From: an uncultured Enterobacteriaceae bacterium | GTDB taxonomy: Bacteria > Myxococcota_A > UBA796 > SXON01 | Length of the DNA: 64,000 nt | Reading direction: 5' to 3' | Assembly: GCA_964457335.1 (NCBI GenBank) | Contig: CAYWGD010000015.1 | Span: 31,868 to 95,867, forward strand | Part shown: piece after piece, positions 1 through 8,393 of the stretch | Numbering within the stretch: position 1 is the stretch's first letter | Layout of the letters: the number at the start of each line of letters is the position of its first letter | Program-made: the position numbers and the translations under genes | The notes under the pieces: model-generated | Told to the model about the DNA's origin: nothing | Seen by the model: only the letters and a program-made list of their open reading frames with translations | The model's database searches: none

Positions 1-2
1 AG

Positions 3-1103
3 GTGCCGCTCGCGCGGCAGCGCGCGGAGAAGGCCGCGGCGCTCGCCCGCCTCCTCGAGCCGCTCGGCGGCGAGGACCACGGCATCACCGGGGCGGACGC
101 CTACGGCTACCGCAACAAGGTGGAGCTCTCCTTCGGGCGGGCCCGCTACATGTCCAAGGCCGAGCTCGACACCGGCGTGCCACGCGAGGGCCGCTTCCTC
201 GGCATGCACGCCCCCGGGCGCTTCGACCGCGTGGTGGACGCCCCCCGCTGCGAGCTCGCGTCCGACGCGATGAACGCCGTGCTCGCACGCGTGCGCGCCG
301 ACACGCTCGCCTCGCCGTGGGAGCTCTGGGATCCCGTCGGGCACACGGGCTTCTGGCGCCACCTCGCGCTGCGCGAAGGCCGGAACGGCGTGCTCGCGGC
401 GCTCTACACCACCCCCGGCACGGAAGAGCAGGCGGCGTGGCTCGCGGCGCACGCCCCCGGCTGGGGCGCGGCCGGCGTGTTGTGGTTCGAGACGGACCGC
501 CCCGCCGACGCCGCGCTGGGCACGCTCCGCGCGGTCCTCTGCGGCGACGACCACGTCGTGGAGCGGCTCGCGGGCCTCACCTACCGCCTGTCGCCCACCG
601 CCTTCTTCCAGGTCAACCCCGCCGGCGCCGAGCTGCTCTGCGCGCGGGTGGCCGAGGCCGCCGGCTCCGGCGGCACGCTCGTCGACCTCTACTGCGGCAC
701 CGGCGCCCTGGGCCTCGCCTGCGCGCACCGCTTCGAGCGCGTCGTCGGCATCGACGTGAACGAGGCGTCCATCGCCGACGCGCGCGCGAACGCGGCGGCC
801 AACGGCGTCGACGCCACGTTCCTCGCCGGCGAGGTCGAGAAGCGCGTGCGCGAGCTCGCGATTGGCGAGCGCCCCGTCGTCATCGTCGACCCGCCCCGGG
901 TCGGCCTCCACCCCGACGCGCTCGCCTTCGTGGCCGGGCTCGACGCGCGGGTGCTCGTCTACGTCGCGTGCCGCCCGAGCTCGTTGGTGCGGGACGGCCG
1001 CGTACTGATGGAAGCCGGCTGGCGCTGCACCGACCGCTGGGCGGTCGACCTGTTCCCCCAGACCGGCCACGTCGAGGTCGTCGCGCGTTGGGTGCGCGAC
1101 TGA
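3..1103 (+). CDS. RNA (uracil-5)-methyltransferase, RumA/RlmD/TrmA family (5' partial)
   Basis: The ORF runs in from the window edge. It carries a class I SAM-MTase core with 'DLYCGTGALG', 'VIVDPPRVGL' and 'VYVACRPSS', typical of 5-methyluridine RNA MTases. The N-terminal TRAM/Fe-S part is not visible, so it is probably truncated by the window. Confidence 0.75.
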   Translation: MPLARQRAEKAAALARLLEPLGGEDHGITGADAYGYRNKVELSFGRARYMSKAELDTGVPREGRFLGMHAPGRFDRVVDAPRCELASDAMNAVLARVRADTLASPWELWDPVGHTGFWRHLALREGRNGVLAALYTTPGTEEQAAWLAAHAPGWGAAGVLWFETDRPADAALGTLRAVLCGDDHVVERLAGLTYRLSPTAFFQVNPAGAELLCARVAEAAGSGGTLVDLYCGTGALGLACAHRFERVVGIDVNEASIADARANAAANGVDATFLAGEVEKRVRELAIGERPVVIVDPPRVGLHPDALAFVAGLDARVLVYVACRPSSLVRDGRVLMEAGWRCTDRWAVDLFPQTGHVEVVARWVRD

Positions 1104-1156
1104 CCGTTCTCCACCGCTCCACCCGTCGCGTCCACCGGCGCGCTCCCGAGGCCTCC

Positions 1157-2215
1157 ATGCGCGTGATCCCGCTCGTCTTCGTCCTCGCCGCCTGTGAATC
1201 CGACAAGTACGTGCTCGACACCAGCGACACGGCCGACACCGGCGTGACGCAGTGCGGGCGCATCCGCGGCACGGAAGGCGTGCTGATGTACCAGGACGAC
1301 GGAAGCACCGTGCGCTCGCCGCTCGAGTCGCCGAACCCCACCGACGTGACCACCGGCGTCGCTGGCCCGCTTGGGGACGACCGGACCTACGCCGCCGTGA
1401 TCGACGGCCGGGTGCTGCTCTCCGTCGACGGCGGCTGCAACTGGGAGGCCCAGGGAGCGCTCGGCTCGGGCGACTGGCGCCTCCGCGCCGCCGGCGAGCG
1501 CATCTACGCCTTCGACATGCGTTCCACGGCCGGCGCGCGCTCCGACGACGGCGGCCTCTCCTGGACCCCCTTCGACGCCGGCGAGGCCTTCATCGGCCTC
1601 CCGGTCGTGGATCCCTTCGACCCCACCCGCCTGCGCGGCCTGCAGAGCCGCGGCGTGGTCACCACCGCCGACGGCGGGGACACCTGGACCGCGGGCGCTG
1701 GGCTCCCCGGCACGCTGGGGACCCCCGCGGACGGAGACCTCTCCGCCACCAACCTCGAGATCGCGGTCGTCGGCGGGAGCGGCGGCGCCTGGCGCACGTC
1801 CGACGCCGGCGGCACCTGGCTCCCCATCATCGAGGACGCGGCGGTCACCGCGCTCGCCATCCACCCCGACGATCCCGCCGTGTTCTTCGCGCAGTCCACC
1901 GACGGCGAGGGGGTCCGCACCATCTCGCGCAGCGCCGACTCCGGCGGCACCTGGGCGCGCCAGGTCGACTCCACCCAGATCGAGCTCTCCGTCGAGCCCG
2001 AGCTCTGGCCGGTGCCGGGCAACCCGCTCCGCGCGCTCGCCGCGTACGGCCCCGTCTACAACGAGAACACCGAGAGCGACGGCGTGAACCTCTACATCGT
2101 CACGGGCGGCGAGGGCACGCGATCGATCTTCGTCGGCACGTGGTTCCACATCCACCAGTTCGCCTTCGGTGGCGACCGGTGGGTCGCCGCCGTGGACGCG
2201 GTCACCGGGGGGTGA
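1157..2215 (+). CDS. BNR/Asp-box repeat beta-propeller lipoprotein
   Basis: ATG 1157 lies inside track ORF 317..2215 and was chosen for the lipoprotein signal 'MRVIPLVFVLAAC'. Repeated Asp-box motifs are present: SDDGGLSW, TADGGDTW, TSDAGGTW, SADSGGTW. The upstream part of the track ORF overlaps the methyltransferase gene in another frame. Confidence 0.6.
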   Translation: MRVIPLVFVLAACESDKYVLDTSDTADTGVTQCGRIRGTEGVLMYQDDGSTVRSPLESPNPTDVTTGVAGPLGDDRTYAAVIDGRVLLSVDGGCNWEAQGALGSGDWRLRAAGERIYAFDMRSTAGARSDDGGLSWTPFDAGEAFIGLPVVDPFDPTRLRGLQSRGVVTTADGGDTWTAGAGLPGTLGTPADGDLSATNLEIAVVGGSGGAWRTSDAGGTWLPIIEDAAVTALAIHPDDPAVFFAQSTDGEGVRTISRSADSGGTWARQVDSTQIELSVEPELWPVPGNPLRALAAYGPVYNENTESDGVNLYIVTGGEGTRSIFVGTWFHIHQFAFGGDRWVAAVDAVTGG

Positions 2216-2273
2216 AGCCCCTCGCGACGGACCTCACCGGCCGCCACGGGGGCGGCCCATCTGGTAGGGGCTC

Positions 2274-2858
2274 CTAGCGGACCGAAGCGACCACGTCCGG
2301 CGTGACGGCGCCGTCCGCGTTGCCCCACGAGGTGCGCTCGTAGGTGGCCACCGCGGCGATGTCGTAGTCGGAGAGCTGGCCGCCCTGCGGGGGCATGGCG
2401 CCGTTGTACGCCTTCCCGAGGACCTCGATCGGGCCCTGCAGGCCGTGCACGATGATCCGGGCGTGGTTCGCCGGCTCGCCGTAGAACGCGCCGGCGCCCG
2501 CGAGCGGGGGGAAGTTGTCGCCGAGGCCCTTGCCGTCGGCCTGGTGACAGCCGGAGCACACGCTCGTGTAGACCTTCTCGCCGTGCGCGCGGAGCGACTC
2601 GGTGTCGGTCGGGCCGTCCTTGACGCTCGCGAAGGCGGGGCCGGTCGCCACGGCGATGGCCGGAACGTCGGGCTTGATCGCCGGGGAGGCGCAGTACTTG
2701 TACCCGGTGACCGGGCTCGTGGCCCAGGCGTTGCAGTCCCCGCGGTGGCGGTACTTGTAGTGGGCCTGGAGCTCGGCCGAGTCCTCGTCGTAGGCACGGT
2801 GGCACCCGAACAGGAGCGCGGGGAGGAGGGCAAGCAGCGGAAGCCGGGACGTCGACAT
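2274..2858 (-). CDS. monohaem c-type cytochrome lipoprotein
   Basis: A single haem-binding motif 'CSGCH' is followed by a distal 'GAMPPQ' Met. The signal/lipobox is 'MSTSRLPLLALLPALLFGC', so the start is set at the internal ATG 2858 of track ORF 2274..2897. Confidence 0.7.
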   Translation of the reverse strand: MSTSRLPLLALLPALLFGCHRAYDEDSAELQAHYKYRHRGDCNAWATSPVTGYKYCASPAIKPDVPAIAVATGPAFASVKDGPTDTESLRAHGEKVYTSVCSGCHQADGKGLGDNFPPLAGAGAFYGEPANHARIIVHGLQGPIEVLGKAYNGAMPPQGGQLSDYDIAAVATYERTSWGNADGAVTPDVVASVR

Positions 2859-2935
2859 GCTACCTCGCGTCGGTGGCGGGGCGCCCTTATAGCGCATCTC
2901 GTCCTGGTCGGCACTGGCGCGAGTTAGGAGAGGTC

Positions 2936-3136
2936 ATGGACCTCGATCCCTCCGCAACGCGCCGCGGCTACAAGCAGGTCGCCGTGGCCCTCGTCTCGTG
3001 TACCGCCATCGGGGCGCTCCTCGGCCCTTGGCTGCTCGACATGACCGACTGGACCCTGGCGCGAAAGATCCTCGTCGGCACCGGCATCGGCGCCTGGTGC
3101 GGGCTCTTGATCAGCGCGCGTCGTCTGATGATGTAG
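2936..3136 (+). CDS. small two-helix membrane protein (hypothetical)
   Basis: ATG 2936 is preceded by the strong RBS 'AGGAGAGG'. Codons are mostly G/C-ending. Two hydrophobic segments are present: 'VAVALVSCTAIGALLGPWLL' and 'ILVGTGIGAWCGLLI'. It is the internal start of track ORF 2873..3136. Confidence 0.45.
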   Translation: MDLDPSATRRGYKQVAVALVSCTAIGALLGPWLLDMTDWTLARKILVGTGIGAWCGLLISARRLMM

Positions 3137-3290
3137 CGCGGCGGTACACCCACCACGCCACACCGCCGATGAACGCGAGCGGGAGCAGGCTCAACATCGC
3201 GGTCATCGCGACGTAGGCGTGCTCGTTGTTGGCGCCGGGCGCTCCGCAGACGGGACAGGCCCAGGCCAGCCCGGCGAGCGCCAGGAGCAT
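3111..3290 (-). CDS. 59-aa two-TM microprotein with CPVC motif, coupled to cox operon
   Basis: Read by hand as 'MLLALAGLAWACPVCGAPGANNEHAYVAMTAMLSLLPLAFIGGVAWWVYRRATSSDDAR'. Its ATG (3288-3290) overlaps the TGA (3290-3292) of the upstream subunit-III paralogue (ATGA). GC3-rich codons. Confidence 0.5.
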   Translation of the reverse strand: MLLALAGLAWACPVCGAPGANNEHAYVAMTAMLSLLPLAFIGGVAWWVYRRATSSDDAR

Positions 3291-3889
3291 CACAGGTACA
3301 CCCGCCAGTAGAGCACCGGCCAGAGCGCCACGACGAAGTACCAGAACACGCGCCCGGCCTGGAAGCCCGCCTCGGTGAGGCGGCCGGCCACGAGCCTCGC
3401 GCGGAGCCAGACCAGCACGGCCAGCCCGGCGAGCACGTGCACCGCGTGCGTGCCCACGATCAGGTAGAAGAACGCGCCGTGGTTGCTCGAGGTGAGCGTG
3501 AGCCCCTCGCCGAGCAGGCCCACCCACTCGTAGCCCTGGGCCAGCACGAAGAAGGCGCCCAGCAACATCGCGCCCGTGAGCGGCGCGCGCGCGGCCCCGA
3601 CCGCGTGGCGACGGCCCGCGATCACCATGAGCACCGCGCTCGCCACGAGCACCGCGGTGTTGAACGCCGTCGCCTCGATCGGCAGGCGCGGCTGACCCGG
3701 CGGCGGCCACATCGGCCAGAGGTCCCGCGTGATCGTGTGCGCGCTGACGAGCCCACCGAAGAACATCATCTCGGTGAACACGAACACGAGCGTCCCGAAC
3801 ACCGCGTTCGGCACCACCTGCTTCCGCTCGCGACGCCGCGCGGGGGGCGTGACCTGGAAGCCGCCGTCGAAGGTGCCGAGCGTGCTCAT
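3290..3889 (-). CDS. haem-copper oxidase subunit III family protein (second paralogue)
   Basis: A 199-aa multi-pass membrane protein. Its C-terminal 'FWYFVVALWPVLYWRVYL' parallels 'YWHFVDLVWIFLFPLLY' of the adjacent ctaE. The start overlaps the subunit IV stop by 1 nt (TGATG). Confidence 0.7.
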   Translation of the reverse strand: MSTLGTFDGGFQVTPPARRRERKQVVPNAVFGTLVFVFTEMMFFGGLVSAHTITRDLWPMWPPPGQPRLPIEATAFNTAVLVASAVLMVIAGRRHAVGAARAPLTGAMLLGAFFVLAQGYEWVGLLGEGLTLTSSNHGAFFYLIVGTHAVHVLAGLAVLVWLRARLVAGRLTEAGFQAGRVFWYFVVALWPVLYWRVYL

Positions 3890-4341
3890 CAGTGCTGCCC
3901 GCCCGCCGGCGCCTCGCCGGCCGGGGCGTGCTCGCCCGCCGGGGCGCCGTGCTCACCGCCGCCGTGCGCGCCCGCGCCCGACTCGGCGGCCTTCAGGGCC
4001 CGCTCGACCTCCATCTTCGCGGCCACGTTCTCCCAGCGACGCCCCTCGTGGTTCATGACGTCGGGCGAGACCGCGGCGAAGAACAGCACCATGAAGGCGA
4101 GGCACGCGAGCAGGAAGTACCAGACGATCGGCTTCTCGACGTTCAGGTGCATGAAGTGCTTGGCGACGAGGAACGCCTTGATGAAGGCGACCCCGAAGGC
4201 CGTGATCAGCGTGATGACCCACACCCCGATGAACGGGCCGAAGATGCTGATCATCAGGAGCACCATCAAGATGCCCCAGATCTTGATGTAGTGCTTCTCG
4301 TCGTGCGCGTGGGACTCGGCGGCGTGAGGCGTGTCCGACAT
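3889..4341 (-). CDS. cytochrome c oxidase subunit IV (prokaryotic CoxD/CtaF type)
   Basis: 'HYIKIWGILMVLLMISI...AFIKAFLVAKHFMHL' matches the bacterial subunit IV signature (FMHL). The start is set at 'MSDTPHAAE' (ATG 4341), 2 nt after the ctaE stop. Confidence 0.7.
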   Translation of the reverse strand: MSDTPHAAESHAHDEKHYIKIWGILMVLLMISIFGPFIGVWVITLITAFGVAFIKAFLVAKHFMHLNVEKPIVWYFLLACLAFMVLFFAAVSPDVMNHEGRRWENVAAKMEVERALKAAESGAGAHGGGEHGAPAGEHAPAGEAPAGGQH

Positions 4342-4343
4342 GA

Positions 4344-4916
4344 TCAGCTCGCGATGTAGAGGAGCGGGAAGAGGAAGATCCACACGAGGTCGACGAAGTG
4401 CCAGTAGATGCCGGCGTACTCGACCCGCTGGAGCTCACGGCCGTTCCACGCGTCCTTCGCGATGAAGGCCATGATGATCATGCCGGCGATGACGTGCGAG
4501 CCGTGGATGCCGGCCGCCGTGTAGTAGAACGACCAGAAGCCGCTCGCCGTGATCGTGTACCCGTGCATGATCTCGTTGGTCCACTCGATGGACTTGATCA
4601 CGAGGAACACGCCGCCGCCGGCGATGGTCAGCCCGAGCAGCTTGGCCGCCTTCTTGCCGTCGCCGTGCTCCGCCGCGTAGTGCGCGAGCACCGCGGCGAG
4701 GCTCGAGGAGAGGAGGACGAAGGTGTTCACCGACCCCGCGATGAGGTTGGTGTGCTCGGCCTGGTACGCCCACTCGGGGTGCCCGACGCGGTGCATGAGG
4801 TACGAGACGAGGACGCCGCCGAAGATGACGATCTCGGAGGCGATCAGCCACCAGACCGCGAGGCGGCCCGTGGGCACGCCCGTGGCGATGCGGTTGGTGG
4901 CGATGGGCTTGGCCAT
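4344..4916 (-). CDS. ctaE: cytochrome c oxidase subunit III
   Basis: 190 aa with 'WWLIASEIVIFGG', 'FYYTAAGIHGSHVIAG' and 'YWHFVDLVWIFLFPLLY'. It sits directly downstream of subunit I. Confidence 0.9.
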   Translation of the reverse strand: MAKPIATNRIATGVPTGRLAVWWLIASEIVIFGGVLVSYLMHRVGHPEWAYQAEHTNLIAGSVNTFVLLSSSLAAVLAHYAAEHGDGKKAAKLLGLTIAGGGVFLVIKSIEWTNEIMHGYTITASGFWSFYYTAAGIHGSHVIAGMIIMAFIAKDAWNGRELQRVEYAGIYWHFVDLVWIFLFPLLYIAS

Positions 4917-4931
4917 GAGCTCAACCTCTCC

Positions 4932-6653
4932 TTAGGGGACGTTCTGGGGCCAGAAGTCGTCCTTCCGACCAGGCACGCTGTACTCGTACGGCCCGCGATG
5001 GACCTCGGGCATGGCATCCGGGGGCCAGTTGCCGTGGCCGGGGGGGTTCTCCGGCGTGGTCCACTCGAGCGTGGTGGCGTTCCAGGGGTTCGTCGGGGCC
5101 TTCTTGCCACGGAACATGCTGTAGAAGAAGTTCCAGACGAAGAGCACCTGCGCGAGGAGCAGCACGATCAGCGACACCGTCGCGAAGATGCGGAGATCCT
5201 GGAGGTCCGGCGTGCCCTGCTGGGCGAAGTTGTTGTAGTTGTAGATGCGCCGGTGGTCGCCCGCCGAGCCCGTCACGAACAGCGGGATGAAGATCCCGTT
5301 GAACGAGAAGAAGGTCAGCCAGAAGTGCAGCTTCCCGATGGGCTCGTTCAGGTAGCGCCCGAACATCTTCGGGAACCAGTAGGTGAGCCCCGCGAACGTC
5401 CCGATGATGGCGATCGGGAAGAACGTGTAGTGGAAGTGCGCGATGACGAAGTAGGTGTCGTGCAGGTAGATGTCGGAGCCGCTGGCGCCGAGGAAGATGC
5501 CGGTGACGCCGCCGATGATGAACGTGAACATGAAGCCGAGCGCCCACAACATCGGCACCGAGAAGGTGATCGAGCCGCCGTAGAGCGTGGCGATGTACAG
5601 GAACACCATCTCGGCGATGGGGATCGAGATGAGCACGGTCGTCGCCGTGAACACGTTCGCCATGCGCGGATCGATGCCGGCCACGAACTGGTGGTGCGCC
5701 CACACGAAGAAGGACAGAACGCCGGTCGCGATGGCCGTGTAGATGATCGGCTTGTAGCCGAACAGCTTCTTGCGCGCGAAGGCCGGGACGATCTCCGCCA
5801 CGATGCCGATCGCGGGCAGGAGCACCACGTACACCTCGGGGTGCCCGAAGAACCAGAACAGGTGCTGCCAGAGGATCGGGTCGCCGCCGTGGGTCGGGTC
5901 GAAGAAGTGCGTGCCGAGGTTCTGGTCGAACAGCAGCATGATCGCGCCCGCGATGAGCGGACCGACCGAGCCCATGAAGAGGATGCTGGCGATGCAGATG
6001 AACCACACCACCACCGGCACGTCGTGCCACTTCATGCCCGGCGCGCGCGAGTTCATCGCCGTCGTGATGAAGTTGATGCCGCCGACGAGGAACGCGGCGA
6101 ACTCGATCGCGACCGCGGCCAGCCACATGGTGGAGCCGGTGGGCGTGAGGTTGAACTCACCCTTCGCGGACAGCGGCGGGTAGGAGGTCCAGGCGCCGCC
6201 GAACGCGCCACCCGGCACGAACCAGGACGCCACGACGATGATCGCGCTGAGCAGGAAGAGCTGGTAGCTCAGGCGGTTCAGGCGCGGGAACACCATGTCG
6301 TCCGCGCCGACCATCAGCGGGATGAGGTAGTTGCCGAACGCGGCGACCAGCACGGGCATCGCCACCCAGAAGACCATCACGCTGCCGTGCTGGGTCACGA
6401 GGGCGTTGTACTCGGTCGGGGACACGACCCCGAAGAACGGCACGCTCATGCCCGGGAACGCGAGCTGCATCCGGAAGGCGTACGCGAAGAAGCCGGCGAA
6501 CACCGCCATCACCAGGCCGGTGAGCATGTACTGCTTGGCGATGTACTTGTGGTCCAGCGGGAAGAGGTACTTCTCCGCGAACGTCAGCTCGTGGTGCTCG
6601 TGGCCGTGATCGCCGCCGTGGGACGAGGCCACGTCGTGCGTGGGGTGCGACAT
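4932..6653 (-). CDS. ctaD: cytochrome c oxidase subunit I
   Basis: 573 aa with 'WFFGHPEVYVVLLPAIG' and 'HDTYFVIAHFHY', the classic haem-copper oxidase subunit I motifs. Confidence 0.97.
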   Translation of the reverse strand: MSHPTHDVASSHGGDHGHEHHELTFAEKYLFPLDHKYIAKQYMLTGLVMAVFAGFFAYAFRMQLAFPGMSVPFFGVVSPTEYNALVTQHGSVMVFWVAMPVLVAAFGNYLIPLMVGADDMVFPRLNRLSYQLFLLSAIIVVASWFVPGGAFGGAWTSYPPLSAKGEFNLTPTGSTMWLAAVAIEFAAFLVGGINFITTAMNSRAPGMKWHDVPVVVWFICIASILFMGSVGPLIAGAIMLLFDQNLGTHFFDPTHGGDPILWQHLFWFFGHPEVYVVLLPAIGIVAEIVPAFARKKLFGYKPIIYTAIATGVLSFFVWAHHQFVAGIDPRMANVFTATTVLISIPIAEMVFLYIATLYGGSITFSVPMLWALGFMFTFIIGGVTGIFLGASGSDIYLHDTYFVIAHFHYTFFPIAIIGTFAGLTYWFPKMFGRYLNEPIGKLHFWLTFFSFNGIFIPLFVTGSAGDHRRIYNYNNFAQQGTPDLQDLRIFATVSLIVLLLAQVLFVWNFFYSMFRGKKAPTNPWNATTLEWTTPENPPGHGNWPPDAMPEVHRGPYEYSVPGRKDDFWPQNVP

Positions 6654-6668
6654 CGCTGCCCTCTCGGT

Positions 6669-7340
6669 TCAGTTGGTCGGGGAAGCGCTCGCCTGCCAGG
6701 CGGCGTATTCCTCGGGAGTGTGGACGATCACCCGGGCACCCATGATCCCGTGCCCGATCCCGCAGATCTCGGCGCACTGGATGTCGTAGGCCCCCGGGCG
6801 GTTCGGCTCGAACCAGCCGGTGATGACGCGACCCGGAACGGCGTCCTGCTTGAGGCGGAACGCCGGCACCGAGAAGCTGTGGAGCACGTCACGCGCCTCG
6901 AGCTTGAAGTGCACGAGCTCGTCGACCTGGACGTGGAGCTCGTCGACGGTCTTGATGTCGTCCGCCGTGCCGAGCTTCTTGTCCGCGCCGGGGTGCGCGA
7001 AGCTCCAGGCCCACTGCTGGCTCATGATGCCCACCTCGCTCTCGGCGGGCGGCAGGTCCTGCTTGACCGTGTACCAGACCTGCACGGCCGCCGCGATGAT
7101 CGCGAAGTCGCACAGGATGATGAGGTAATGCGGCCACTCCACCCAGCGCTTCAGGTGGTGCTCGGTGCCGGTGATGTACTGCGCGGGCACGCCCGCGCGC
7201 TTCCGGAACCGGAACAGCAGGTAGAAGAACGCGATGTTGGTGAGGATGTACCAGAACCCGACCAGCCCGCCGACCAGCGCGAAGACGAAGTCGATGTCGT
7301 CAGCGAACGTGGACGCGGGGACGACGAGCCATTCGAGCAT
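6669..7340 (-). CDS. ctaC: cytochrome c oxidase subunit II (no fused cytochrome c domain)
   Basis: CuA site 'HSFSVP...CAEICGIGHGIM' with two N-terminal TM helices. 223 aa, so it lacks a C-terminal haem c domain. Confidence 0.93.
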   Translation of the reverse strand: MLEWLVVPASTFADDIDFVFALVGGLVGFWYILTNIAFFYLLFRFRKRAGVPAQYITGTEHHLKRWVEWPHYLIILCDFAIIAAAVQVWYTVKQDLPPAESEVGIMSQQWAWSFAHPGADKKLGTADDIKTVDELHVQVDELVHFKLEARDVLHSFSVPAFRLKQDAVPGRVITGWFEPNRPGAYDIQCAEICGIGHGIMGARVIVHTPEEYAAWQASASPTN

Positions 7341-7352
7341 GACTGTGCCGCC

Positions 7353-7466
7353 TCAGAGGATGAAGGTGAAGACGGTGCCGCAGAACAGCGCCGCTCCGAT
7401 GATGGTGACGATGAACACCTTCTTGGCGACGACCTCGCCTTCGTCGTAGGTCTCTTGTTCCGACAT
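7353..7466 (-). CDS. 37-aa single-TM microprotein between cytochrome c and coxB
   Basis: Not in the ORF track because it is under 60 aa. Read by hand as 'MSEQETYDEGEVVAKKVFIVTIIGAALFCGTVFTFIL'. A GGAG lies 6-7 nt upstream of the ATG (7464-7466). GC3-rich. It fits exactly between the neighbouring genes. Confidence 0.5.
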   Translation of the reverse strand: MSEQETYDEGEVVAKKVFIVTIIGAALFCGTVFTFIL

Positions 7467-7475
7467 GAGGTGCTC

Positions 7476-8141
7476 CTACTTGGGGAGGGTCGCGACGTGC
7501 GCGAGCACGTCCTTCATCGCCTGCTCGTCCGGCAGGGTGGCCGCCATGGGCCGCATGGTGGCGCCACGGGTGTCCTTGGGGTGGGTCCCCCGGACGCCGG
7601 CCTTGAAGTTGTTCAGCTGGTTGAGCTGGTACCAGTCGTTCGTCGCGGTGAGCGGCGGGGCGCCGAGCTGCTCGTTCCCCTTGCCGTCCGCGCCGTGACA
7701 CGCCTGGCACGTGGCGAAGTACGTGGCGCCCTTGGCGGCGTCCCCCCCCGCGAGCTGAGCCGCGGGCGGCTTCGGCGCGAGCGAGGCGGCGTAGGCGATG
7801 ACCGGCTGGACCTCGGTCGGGTCGAGCGTGAGCGCCATCGGGCGCATCCGCATGCCCTGCACGTCGTCGTAGTGCGTGCCCCGCAGACCGGCGCGGAAGC
7901 CCTCGAGTTGGTTCTTGATGTACCACTCGGGGAGGCCGGCGATGGCCGGCGCCTTCGCGAGATCGCTGCCGCCACCGTCGAGACCGTGGCACGGGGCGCA
8001 GTTGTTGTTGAACATCACCTCGCCCGAGTGGGTCGTGGCGAGCGCGCTGCTGGAGTCGCAGCCGGCGACCAACATCGCAGCAATCGCGACGGCCGAGAGA
8101 CGGGCGAGACGTGGCCCCGGTGAGACGGTTCCAGCCTTCAC
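7476..8141 (-). CDS. dihaem c-type cytochrome lipoprotein
   Basis: Two haem motifs, 'CAPCH' and 'CQACH', in duplicated halves, each followed by 'M(R)MRPMA'-type Met ligands. Lipobox 'AAMLVAGC'. The start is set at GTG 8141, preceded by GGAG; the track ORF extends to 8312. Confidence 0.8.
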   Translation of the reverse strand: MKAGTVSPGPRLARLSAVAIAAMLVAGCDSSSALATTHSGEVMFNNNCAPCHGLDGGGSDLAKAPAIAGLPEWYIKNQLEGFRAGLRGTHYDDVQGMRMRPMALTLDPTEVQPVIAYAASLAPKPPAAQLAGGDAAKGATYFATCQACHGADGKGNEQLGAPPLTATNDWYQLNQLNNFKAGVRGTHPKDTRGATMRPMAATLPDEQAMKDVLAHVATLPK

Positions 8142-8393
8142 GGACGACGCTCCAGGTTCTAATGCGTCAGCGTGCCGGTTCGGTCGAAGTGAGCGAGCCG
8201 GGGCGCGGGCGGCGCGGTGGCCGACCGTTTTACTCCGTGACAGCGAAGCGGGCAAGGGCTGGGAACGGGGCCGCCCGCCGCTCGCGGAGATGGCTTGCGC
8301 GCGGCCGGACATCGGCCTGCCGCGCGTCTCCCCGCAGGTCGCCCGAGCGTCCGCGCCGGGTGGCGCGCGTGCGCGGCGACGACCGGACGGGCC

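Noticed and set aside
4398-8123. A 1241-aa plus-strand ORF across the cytochrome oxidase operon.
   Set aside because: It has the same codon-mirror phase as ctaD (first base 6653, with phase 0/1/2 shared with 4398). Its composition is Arg/Asp/His/Gly-rich and low-complexity, and it overlaps genes with unmistakable oxidase motifs. It is a high-GC shadow ORF.
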